A stretch of 22,284 nucleotides of DNA, from assembly GCF_006345805.1 (NCBI RefSeq), contig NW_021836786.1, positions 1 through 22,284 of the forward strand, given 5' to 3'. The notes beneath the pieces are model-generated. The model was not told the origin of the DNA, searched no databases, and was given only the letters and a program-made list of their open reading frames with translations. The DNA comes from Octopus sinensis. Taxonomy: Eukaryota. The position numbers were made by a program, and so were the translations under genes. Shown piece by piece: positions 1-8,764 of this stretch. Each line of letters starts with the position of its first letter. The first letter of the stretch is position 1.

Positions 1-60
1 TTTAAAGTAATTGAAAGAAACACAGAGCATCTCAACAGAAATACAGTAATGAAAGGTTAA
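1..60. mobile_element. Right end of a piggyBac-like MITE (same family as the 10759-11996 array)
   Basis: Matches the unit end at ~11935-11996 and terminates in GAAAGG-TTAA. Confidence 0.7.
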
Positions 61-226
61 GTCTTGTACCATAATCCCTTCGTATTTTTCTCAGTCACAC
101 ATATGAATGAGAAAGGAAGGGGTGATGGCAAATTTGGTAGTGGGATGATGGAAGTTCTTTGGTGAAAAAATCAAACAGCGTTTCAACTCTGTGTGAGTAT
201 ATGCGTGTGTATGTAATAGGGAGGTA
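1..226 (+). repeat. Direct duplicate of ~11935-12190 (MITE end plus unique flank)
   Basis: Near-identical through ...gtgtatgtaatagggaggta. This copy lacks about 26 bp between the AAGGAAGGGGTGAT direct repeats. Confidence 0.9.
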
Positions 227-288
227 ACTAAGTTATTTTACTAAATGTGTAACAACATCTGATGGCCTAGTCGTAAAAAAAAGAACAA

Positions 289-338
<50 letters not shown>

Positions 339-339
339 C

Positions 340-625
340 AAATGAAAAACAGGATGCAAAGAATTTTGCGGTACATATGTTTCGGGCTTTATTGAACAAC
401 TTATTCTTACATAAATGCATAATTGATATAACAGGTAGATCAAAAGCCTTCTTCAGCCGCGTACAATTGCCACACCAAAGACATGTATCACATTATAGCA
501 GGTTTGAGAAAAAGTTTCAGAAAAAAACGAGTTTCATTGGGAAAGTAAATCCTCAAAGGCGTAATATGATATTCTTAGACTCCAAACAAATCGTCCATAC
601 TGTTTTTCCTCGACGATATAGAATG
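340..625 (-). mobile_element. Penelope-like pseudo-LTR fragment flanked by (TA)n
   Basis: Contains a minimal hammerhead (368-460). The minus strand upstream reads ICLESKNIILRL*, loosely like the GIY-YIG C-terminal LCLxEKxxI motif. Confidence 0.55.
368..460 (-). ncRNA. Minimal type I hammerhead ribozyme
   Basis: Minus strand: GCGG-CUGAAGA-A-GGCUUU...AAAGCC-C-GAAAC-AUAU-GUA-CCGC. Stem I is GCGG/CCGC, stem II is 6 bp, stem III is the palindrome ACAUAUGU, and the predicted cut follows GUA (between 372 and 371). Confidence 0.8.
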
Positions 626-744
626 AATATATATATATATATATATAGTATATATATATATATATATATAGATATTATATATAGATATATATATATATAT
701 ATATAATATATATGTTATATAATATATATGTATATATGATATAT

Positions 745-795
<51 letters not shown>

Positions 796-850
796 GTATA
801 TCTATATATAATATATATATATATCATATATTATATATACATATATATAA
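625..850. repeat. (TA)n microsatellite, imperfect
   Basis: Read directly. Confidence 0.95.
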
Positions 851-1754
851 GTCAGTGGTAGTAGCCAATGGGGCCACTTCCATTAACACGCAAATAGTAA
901 GCGGTGTTCCGCAGGGCACTGTTTTGGACCACTACTGTTCATAATGGCCCTCTCAGACAGCCCTCACCCCGCAAGAGCCACGATCACAAGTTATGCAGAT
1001 GATACAAAAGTTTCACAGGCAATACAGAACCTGAAGACACTAAACGCCTGCAATGTGAGCTGGACAAAAATATACAAGTGGGCTGAAAAGAATAGCATGC
1101 AGTTCAATGCTGAAAAGTTTCAAGCTTTATGCTATCAGTATGCAAAACTAGATGCGATACCCAATGAATACACTGGACCCGGAGGAATTGCAATCCCAGA
1201 GGCACATTCAGTGCGTGACCTGGGTATTTACATGAGCATATAAGCTACTGGGAAGACTCAAGAGATTAAAACTCTATTCCTTGGAGCATAGGTGAGAAAG
1301 ATATGCCATAATATACATCTGGAAGATCCTGGAAGGACTTGTCCCAAACTTTTGCATCGAGAGTTACACAAATGCCAGAACTGGGCGCCACTGCGTGGTG
1401 CCAAGGACTCCCAATTTGCCATCAAGATGTAGGACAGATACTGTGATAGCCTGGGCTTCCGAGGCCCACAGCTCTTCAATATCCCTCCGAAGAATCTAAG
1501 AGACCTGCATGGGGTGGATGCAGAGTCTTTAAAGTGAAACTGGATCTCTTCCTGTCAGGTGTCCCAGATGAACCTTCAACTTCAACGGCAGGAGGTGCAG
1601 ATGAGGGCAGCTGCATCAAACTCCTCATGCACACACAAATGGCAATTGCTAAAAAGCATTCGTGAAGTAAAACCATGTAGCAACCCCAAATGGCGGTGCC
1701 CCCAGCATGGCCACAGCTCGTGAGCTGAAACTAGAATCAATCAATCAATCAATC

Positions 1755-1755
<1 letters not shown>
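851..1755 (+). mobile_element. 5'-truncated, frameshifted CR1/L2-group LINE (RT C-terminal part, 3' UTR, (ATCA)n tail)
   Basis: Translates SGVPQGTVL/GPLLF (1-nt frameshift at ~926), YADDTK, KWAEKNSMQFNAEK and DLGIYMS. Then, across further frameshifts, YWE/RLKRLKLYSLEHR*ERYAIIYIWKILEGLVPN and ..KLDLFLSGVPDEP. Ends in AATCAATCAATC and sits within (TA)n. Confidence 0.92.
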
Positions 1756-1786
<31 letters not shown>

Positions 1787-1789
1787 TAT

Positions 1790-3372
1790 AAATAGATGAG
1801 TGTATTTTTACCCTTGTTAACAATTAACACGGAAAAATGAATAAATAGTTACCAGGGCACAAAAATCTCACAAGTAAAGATTTTGTAACTCCTTGTTTAT
1901 AAAGGTAGAAACTTCGTGTTTACGTTGAATATTTTGAATAATATGAATAAAAAATGGAGTTAACGCAGGTTAAACAAGTATTTTTACCTTCGACACATGT
2001 TTCGACAATTCCACTGATACTATTCAAAGAAAAAAGGTATAAACAATGCAATCTTCTCTTCGGGAAAGTGAAAAAAACGAAACTCGTCAATACGACATTT
2101 TAGCAAAAAATGATGGATTTGTATAGCAATAGACAGAACGCTATTAATAATGTTCAAAAAACGTTATATGATATAACGTCATAAGTAGCTTACAGAAAGT
2201 GTAGGGATATTAATAGTGAATGTTAAATATAAAGGAATTAAAGTCTAACCTATATATAATGATAGAGACTACTTATATGCACTAAATGTATGTTTCTGCC
2301 AATGCTTACATGTTATGCTCGTTCTATAACCGTGTTTACTACTAGTATTTTTTAGAAAAAAATAATGAAAAATAGGTCAGAATTGCAGAGAGACAGAATT
2401 TCTTGCCTTTGTCATATGGTATCGAAATTGAGAGGATCAACCATTCTAAATGAAATTGTTCATTGTGGTCTTTTAAATCCCAAATCAGTTTGCTGAGACC
2501 GGTACTATTCCGTTTATTTCTATCCCTAAATGTTGAGTAATGGATAGAAATTCTTTTAGATAACTCTAACGATGTGCTTCCAATAAAATCGTACTTTATT
2601 ACGAGTACTGATTATACACTGGTATATAGAATTTTTAATCTTAGAGTTACTTGACATAAATTTAATTCTATTGGAATTGACTTCAGATACAATAACCTTG
2701 TTATTAAATTTTCTAGAGGGTTGTTAGTATTAGTAAATGTATTATATTTAACATTTGTTATTATGAGAAGATATAATTTGCAAGAGATTTTTGTGTTTGA
2801 AAAACTATCCTCTAACCTTATGTGAATTAATTATAGAGTAATATCTAGAATTGTTTGGAAATTCCTAGCAATAGCTTAACGAAACAGCAGTTGGGAGATT
2901 AGATTTAATTTGTCTCCCGTAAGGAATTATTAACCAAATATTTTTACTAGTATTCATAGCGTAATTAATTTTGAAGGTGTTATATTTACTTTTAGATCGA
3001 TAATAGGGGATTAATAAGGGTTATCTGCTTCATTCGCTTTGTATCGGTGCGTAAGTTATGTTTGTTATCAATAATTCTTTTAACGACTAGAATCTTATCT
3101 ACATTATTGAATTTACAATTAGACTGAGTAGAATCAATGTAGAAAATTTTTTCCGTATAACCTGCTTTGATTAAGGCAGAGTTATAGAATTCAGCGTTAT
3201 TATTGAAAATATCAACATTAGCAGATAATTTAGATAATCTAAATGAAATATTCTTAACTAAATTCTTAGTAATTGCTCCAGGATGATTACTAAATTTGCT
3301 AATGTACTTAAGATTGATGATTACTAAATTTACTAATGTACTTAAGATTGGTCAATCTTAAGTACATTAGCA
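1790..3372 (-). mobile_element. Decayed Penelope-like retroelement: RT thumb, linker, C-terminal GIY-YIG endonuclease, pseudo-LTR
   Basis: The minus strand from ~3315 reads NLKYISKFSNHPGAITKNLVKNISFRLSKLSANVDIFNNNAEFYNSALIKAGY, then IWLIIPYGRQIKSN. From ~2640 it reads IYQCIISTRNKVRF/IGSTSLELSKRISIHYSTFRDRNKRNSTGLSKLIWDLKDHNEQFHLEWLILSISIPYDKGKKFCL, and ends TCKHWQKHTFSAYK* at ~2269. Multiple frameshifts. Confidence 0.88.
1986..2069 (-). ncRNA. Hammerhead-like motif with CCGAAGA core in the Penelope pseudo-LTR
   Basis: ACUUUC-CCGAAGA-G...(imperfect stem II AUUGCAUUG/CAGUGGAAU)...C-GAAAC-AUGU-GUC-GAAGGU. Stem I is 6 bp with one GU pair. Confidence 0.55.
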
Positions 3373-3383
3373 TATATATATAT

Positions 3384-3620
3384 AAGGGTAAAATTAATTA
3401 ATTAATTAATAATTAATAATTCCATCTAGTAATGATTCGGTATGTAAAAGACCATTATCGATAAACTTAAATAATACTTATATAATAAGGGTTAGGCAAA
3501 TTCTTTGCCTAACCCTTACAGAAGAGTTTCTTACAGTAGAAGAAATAGCTAGATTCTTTGGCTGCTATTTCTAAAGTTCGGTGGTTGGTGAAGCAAATTC
3601 TTTTGCCAAACCCTTATAAT
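3384..3620. repeat. Interspersed repeat with internal fold-back, same family as 17060-17240 (probable pseudo-LTR-type sequence)
   Basis: 3384-3500 resembles 17060-17185 in the same orientation, and 3510-3620 resembles the reverse complement of ~17165-17240. Perfect 15-bp hairpin at 3486-3518. Confidence 0.6.
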
Positions 3621-3639
3621 AATATATATACATATATAT

Positions 3640-4275
3640 ATTGATAAACGGTAAGATAACAAAAGAAAGAAAAGAGACCTCAATATTATGTAAATAGAGA
3701 AATTTATCTATACAATATGTTACATTACTCGGTAGTCAAGATAAAACTCTGAGTTTCAGATGCCGAAGTGGAAATCCACAACACCATCTCTTCGGTTATC
3801 TGGCTATTTGAAAACGTTATGAAAAATACCTTAAAAATGAAGGAAATTACTCTGTTATAACTCTGCTTTGCCTGTGTACTTATACATCGCTCGCATTTTT
3901 CGTCATAAAATTATATAAAAATACATAAAATATATAAAAATATATAAAAATATATAAAATCTTCTTGGGACATTACACAGAAAGCATGTTCTATCCGTTT
4001 TCTTTAGGGGACCAAAAACGTAACAAAATTTAGTCACATGTGGGCATGATCCGAAAAGCTCTGTCCTTGTATTTAGACATGTGGTAGGGTCTAAGCTGCT
4101 TTTCCAGATAAGCCATCTCTCCATGAGCTTTAGGCACTGGAACAAAAGAAAAGCGACACAATTATCCAATCATATTTGGTCTTTAAGAGATAAAGGTGTC
4201 GATTATAACATACAATGGAAGATTTTGGCCAGATGTAAGCCCTATACTAACGGCAGCGGAAGGTGCGGTTTATGC
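3640..4275 (-). mobile_element. Penelope-like 3' fragment (GIY-YIG C-terminus plus pseudo-LTR) with an inverted 5' segment
   Basis: Plus strand 4123-4275 reads MSFRHWNKRKATQLSNHIWSLRDKGVDYNIQWKILARCKPYTNGSGRCGLC. Minus strand from 4127 reads LMERWLIWKSSLDPTTCLNTRTELFGSCPHVTKF. Joined, these match the Penelope GIY-YIG tail pattern CxLCLxEKxxI...LNxRxELxxxCxHxxKF. Confidence 0.85.
3739..3801 (-). ncRNA. Hammerhead-like motif with CCGAAGA core
   Basis: AGAUAA-CCGAAGA-GAUG...(GUGGA-UU-UCCAC hairpin)...CAUC-U-GAAAC-UCAGA-GUU-UUAUCU. Perfect 6-bp stem I; stem III ACUC/GAGU. Confidence 0.55.
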
Positions 4276-4284
4276 GACATAAAC

Positions 4285-4351
4285 GTCTCGTGTATATTTG
4301 TCTCGTGTATATTTGTCTCGTGTATATAGGCGTCTCGTGTATATTTGTCTC
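4285..4351 (+). repeat. 15-bp tandem repeat GTCTCGTGTATATTT, about 4.3 copies
   Basis: Read directly; lies just upstream of the 4360 hammerhead. Confidence 0.9.
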
Positions 4352-4359
4352 TCCCAGGT

Positions 4360-4459
4360 TTTTTACTGATGAAGTGTAGCCTATGGTAGATTAGCTTAAT
4401 TTAATTTAATTAAGCTAATTTAATCATTAATGACACAGAAACGTTGCAACGTCTAAAAG
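4360..4459 (+). ncRNA. Minimal type I hammerhead ribozyme in a pseudo-LTR-like fragment
   Basis: UUUUUA-CUGAUGA-A-GUGU...(12-bp hairpin 4390-4419)...ACAC-A-GAAAC-GUUGCAAC-GUC-UAAAAG. Stem III is the perfect 12-nt palindrome ACGUUGCAACGU; predicted cut after C4453. Confidence 0.8.
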
Positions 4460-4580
4460 ATGAATTAGGGTAAATGTTTTTAAATTTTCACCTAATTTCT
4501 GAATTACTACTACTTGGCGGTGTGAGTTATGGCTGCTCTTTCTGGTGGACGAGTGACCTGTTAGGGTCACTCCTAAATTG

Positions 4581-4584
<4 letters not shown>

Positions 4585-4620
<36 letters not shown>

Positions 4621-4750
4621 GTACACATATACATATATATGTATGTATACACATATACATATATATGTATGTATATATATATATATATATAGAGAGAGAG
4701 AAGAAGGAGAGAGAGAGAAATATTTGCACGTGTGTGTGTGTGTGTGTGTG
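4585..4750. repeat. Compound TA/GA/GT microsatellite
   Basis: Read directly. Confidence 0.9.
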
Positions 4751-5247
4751 TGGAGTGAGTGTGCATACATTTACAAAATGGTGTCAACACTTGAAATGCT
4801 GACACCGTTACACAGGAGATATTCACCTAAATTTAAGTTCAGCTGATTACATTTTGTGTTCCAGATAAATTTTAGCAGGGTTGGTGATGGTAGTGGTGGT
4901 GGTGGTGGGGTTGAGTAGTAATAGTAGAGGAGGATTAGGTGGTAGAGGAAGGGAGTTGCTGTTTAGCCCAGAGAAGCCATAATCCAGACAGACCTATGAG
5001 CAAAGTTGTGGCAGTTGTGATCATCGATCATCACATCTTTTAATTTTGACCCCTGGCTGGCTCCCAACCAGTGCTGGATTTAGGACAAATGAGACCCTGC
5101 TGTCCTAATTAACTTATGAGGCCCTGTATATTCTTTTATTCTGTTATTCTTCTACTTGCTTCAATCGTTTGGCTGCGGCCAAGCTGGGGCACCACCCTGA
5201 ATATTTTTTGTTGAATCAATCAATGTCAGTGCTTCTGATTTTAAACC

Positions 5248-6009
5248 GTGGAAGCACTCCGCCGGTTACGGCGATGAGGGTTCCGGTTGATCCGAATCAA
5301 CAGAACAGCCTGCTTGTGAAATTAACGTGCAAGTGGCTGAGCACTCCACAGACACGTGTACCCTTAACGTAGTTCTCGGGGATATTCAGCGTGACACAGA
5401 GAGTGACAAGGCCAGCCCTTTGAAATACAGGTACAACAGAAACAGGAAGTGTGTGTGAACATCATCATCATCATTTAACGCCCGCTTTCCATGCTGGCAT
5501 GGGTTGGACGATTTGATTGAGGACTGGCGAACCAGATGACTGCACTGAGCTCCAATCTGATCTGGCAATGTTTCTACAGCTGGATGCCCTTCCTAATGCC
5601 AACCACTCCATGAGTGTAGTGGGTGCTTTTTACATGCCACTGGCACAAGGGCCAGTCAGGCGGTACTGGCAACAGCCTGCTCGTGAAATTAACGTGTAAG
5701 TGGCTGAGCACTCCACAGACACGTGTACCCTTAACGTAGTTTCTCGGGATATTCAGCGTGACACAGAGAGTTGACAAGGCCGGCCCCTTTGAAATACAGT
5801 ACAACAGAAACAGGAAGTAAGAGTGAGAGAAAGTTGTGGTGAAAGAGTACAGCAGCAGGATGATCACCACCACCCCTGCGGAGCCTCGTGGAGCTTTTAG
5901 GTTTTTTCGATCAATAAACACTCACAACGCCCGGTCTGGGGATCGAAACCGCGATCCTATGACCACGAGACGCTCCCTAACCACTAACCACTGGGCCATT
6001 GCGCCTCCA
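5248..6009 (-). mobile_element. tRNA-derived SINE (family B) with an internal 147-bp duplication and a copied RTE tail
   Basis: Minus-strand head TGGAGGCGCAATGGCCCAGTGG..TTAG (A box) and GGTTTCGATCCC (B box); flanked by the 13-bp TSD. Confidence 0.85.
5451..5677 (-). mobile_element. RTE-LINE 3' UTR fragment, a copy of 6160-6386
   Basis: Same length (227 bp) and same GTGTGTGAAC flank as 6160-6386, with about a dozen differences by eye. Confidence 0.85.
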
Positions 6010-6135
6010 CTGATTTTAAACCAGGTACTTAGTCAATCGGTCTCTTTTGCTGAACCACTACATCACGAGGATGCAAACAAACCAACACTGGTTGTGAGAG
6101 GTTGACGGAGGACAAACACAGACACACACACACAC

Positions 6136-6166
<31 letters not shown>

Positions 6167-6167
6167 A

Positions 6168-6743
6168 ACATCATCATCATCATTTAACGCCTGCTTTCCA
6201 TGCTAGTCATGGGTTGGACGATTTGACTGAGGACTGGCGAACCAGATGACTGCACCAGGCTCCAGTCTGATCTGGCAGTGTTTCTAAGCTGGATGCCCTT
6301 CCTAATGCCAACCACTCCATGAGTGTAGTGGGTACTTTTTACATGCCACTGGCACATGGGCCAGTCAGTCGGTACTGGCAACAGCCATGCTCAAATGGTG
6401 TTTTTTCACATGCCACTTGCATTTTTACATACCACCTGCACGGAAGCCAGTCAACTGCTCTGACAACGATCATACTCAGATGGCACTCTTAGTGCTCCAC
6501 TGGCACAGGTGCCAGTTATCGAATTTGATTCGATTTCAATTTCACTTGTCTCAACAGGTCTTTGCAAGCAGAGTTTATTGTCCAATGAAGGAAAGGTACG
6601 TATAAGTGGGCTGGTTACACCCCTGGCATAGGCCACGAGGTTATGGTCCCACTTCGCTTGCCGGGTCTTCACACACACTGCATATTTCCAAAGATCTAAG
6701 TCACTAGTCATTGCCTCGGTGGGGCCTAATGTTCGAAGGTCAT
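6168..6743 (-). mobile_element. 5'-truncated RTE-clade LINE 3' end (ORF C-terminus, 3' UTR, (GAT)n tail)
   Basis: The minus strand reads DLRTLGPTEAMTSDLDLWKYAVCVKTRQAK, then a 3' UTR ending AAAGCAGGCGTTAAATGATGATGATG. Same family as 17853-18510, which retains GRGRPRKT. Confidence 0.8.
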
Positions 6744-6763
6744 ACATATATATATATATATAT

Positions 6764-7077
6764 ATCACATCACATCACATGACTGACCAGACCATCAGAT
6801 GTTGCTGCACATCGCTGGTCACAATGCACTTTACAATGTTTTAGCCTTCGAAATGACGCCACCCCCACTGGCTAAGCGAGCAGGCCAACAGAAGAAAGAG
6901 TGAGAGAAAGAGTGGTGAAAGAGTACAGCAGGGATCACCACCATCCCCTGCCGGAGCCTCGTGGAGCTTCTAGGTGTTTTCGCTCAATAAACACACACAA
7001 CGCCCGGTCTGGGAATCGAAACCACGATCCTACGACCGCGAGTTCGCTGCCCTAACCACTGGGCCATTGCGCCTCCA
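6764..7077 (-). mobile_element. tRNA-derived SINE sharing the family-B head but with a different 3' half and a (GTGAT)n tail
   Basis: 6895-7077 matches 5820-6009 and 19040-19221; 6764-6890 differs. Confidence 0.8.
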
Positions 7078-7109
7078 CATATATATATATATATATACAC
7101 ACACATGTT

Positions 7110-7196
7110 GGGTTTCTTACAGTTTCCATCTACCAAATCCACTCACAAGGCTTTGGACAGCACAAGGCTATAGTAGAAGACACTTGCCCAAGGTAC

Positions 7197-7199
<3 letters not shown>
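7110..7199 (-). mobile_element. Internal fragment of a family-A SINE
   Basis: Reverse complement of GTGG..CCTTGGGCAAGTGTCTTCTACTATAGCC..GTGAGTGGATTTGGTAGA. Confidence 0.75.
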
Positions 7200-7229
<30 letters not shown>

Positions 7230-7232
7230 TTA

Positions 7233-7274
7233 GGTGCATGGATGGCTGTGTGGTAAGAAGCTGGCATCCCAACC

Positions 7275-7318
<44 letters not shown>

Positions 7319-7929
7319 TTGTGTGTCTGTGTTTCTCCCTACCCCAACATCACTTGACAACCGATGTTGGTGTGTTTACGTCCCCGTAACTTAGCGGATC
7401 AGAAAAAGAGACCGATAGAATAAGTACTAGGCTTACACAGAATAAGTCCTGGGATCGATTTGCTCGACTAAAGGAGGTGCTCCAGCATGGCCACAGTCAA
7501 ATGACTGAAACATTAAAGAGTAACTTAGCGGTTCGGCAAAAGAGACCGATAGAATAAGTACTAGGCTTACACAGAATAAGTCCTGGGATCGATTTGCTCG
7601 ACTAAAGGAGGTGCTCCAGCATGGCCACAGTCAAATGACTGAAACAAGTAAAAGAGTAAACTTAGCGGTTCGGCAAAAGAGACCGATAGAATAAGTACTG
7701 GGCTTACAAAGAATAAGTCCTGGGGTCGATTTGCTCTACTAAAGGCGGTGCTCCAGCATGGCCACAGTCAAATGACTGAAACAAGTAAAAGAGTAAACTT
7801 AGCGGTTCGGCAAAAGAGACCGACAGAATAAGTACTGGGCTTACACAGAATAAGTCCTGGGATCGATTTGCTCTACTAAAGGCGGTGCTCCAGCATGGCC
7901 ATAGTCAAATGACTGAAACAAGTAAAAGA
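7233..7929 (+). mobile_element. Family-A SINE with a degraded head and four tandem copies of its ~135-bp 3' tail
   Basis: Tail units begin at ~7387, 7521, 7658 and 7796; each ends in CAGTCAAATGACTGAAAC plus an AAAGAG(T/A) tail. Confidence 0.9.
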
Positions 7930-7943
7930 ATAAAACAATAAAA

Positions 7944-8115
7944 GAAGTGCAAGAGTGGCTGTGTGGTAAGTAGCTTGCTAACCAACCACATGGTTCCGGG
8001 TTCAGTCCCACTGCGTGGCACCTTGGGCAAGTGTCTTCTACTCTAGCCTCAGGCCGACCAAAGCTTGTGAGTGGATTTGGTATATGGAAACTGAAAGAAG
8101 CCTGTCGTATATATG

Positions 8116-8184
<69 letters not shown>

Positions 8185-8423
8185 GCGTGTGTGTATATGT
8201 TTGTGTGTCATTGTTTTGTTCCCCCCCCAACATCGCTTGACAACTGATGCTGGTGTGTTTACGTCCCCGTAACTTAGTGGTTCAGCAAAAGAGACCGATA
8301 GAATAAGTACTGGGCTTACAAAAAGAACAAGTCCCGGTGTCGAGTTGCTCGACTAAAGGTGGTGCTCCAGCATGGTCGCAGTCAACTGACTGAAACAAGT
8401 AAAAGAGTAAAAGAGTAAAAGAG
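7944..8423 (+). mobile_element. Full-length tRNA-derived SINE (family A)
   Basis: A box TGGCTGTGTGG, B box GGTTCAGTCCC, CORE-like CCTTGGGCAAGT segment, internal (TA)n, and an (AGTAAAAG)n tail. Confidence 0.9.
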
Positions 8424-8582
8424 ATGTGTACATATGTACATACATACACATATACATACTTACGTACGTACATACATATATACACACAACATACGAACAT
8501 TGATACATACATATCACACACACACACCCATACACACACACCAATTGAGAGGGACAAACAGACAGACAGACAGACAGACAGA
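8424..8582. repeat. Compound TA/CA/GACA microsatellite
   Basis: Read directly. Confidence 0.85.
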
Positions 8583-8764
8583 GAAGATGAAAGAGGAAAG
8601 TCGGTGTGTGACAGGAAGAGTTTTCTCTGAGCTGGACTGTGACCTTAGCTTCTGATTGAATTTTGACCTTTACGAGAATGACATTTTGAGACCGGACGAA
8701 GGGAGGCGGGTGGGGGGGGTTATTCCTGGGATGGCACTAACAGATCTGGGGACATGACTAGATC

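Larger units (their letters stand above)
5131..6135 (-). mobile_element. 3' part of a SINE with the family-A-type tail, split by a nested SINE insertion
   Basis: 5131-5247 is a tail (rc GGTGGTGCCCCAGC..GGCCGCAG). 6010-6135 continues the body. The 13-bp target duplication CTGATTTTAAACC is at 5235-5247 and 6010-6022. Confidence 0.7.

Noticed and set aside
250-275. CTGATGG as another hammerhead core
   Set aside because: A9 is missing, and there is no GAAA or stem I/III partner nearby.
377-706. 109-aa plus-strand ORF
   Set aside because: No recognisable motif; it is antisense to a hammerhead-bearing repeat and ends in (TA)n.
7040-7077. tRNA genes at SINE heads (also 5975-6009, 19185-19221, 9685-9760)
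   Set aside because: A and B boxes are present, but they run into SINE bodies and recur with them; no complete cloverleaf is supported.
8630-8672. Two TGACCT nuclear-receptor half-sites in a non-repeat island
   Set aside because: Spacing (~25 bp) fits no standard DR element, and hexamers are expected by chance.
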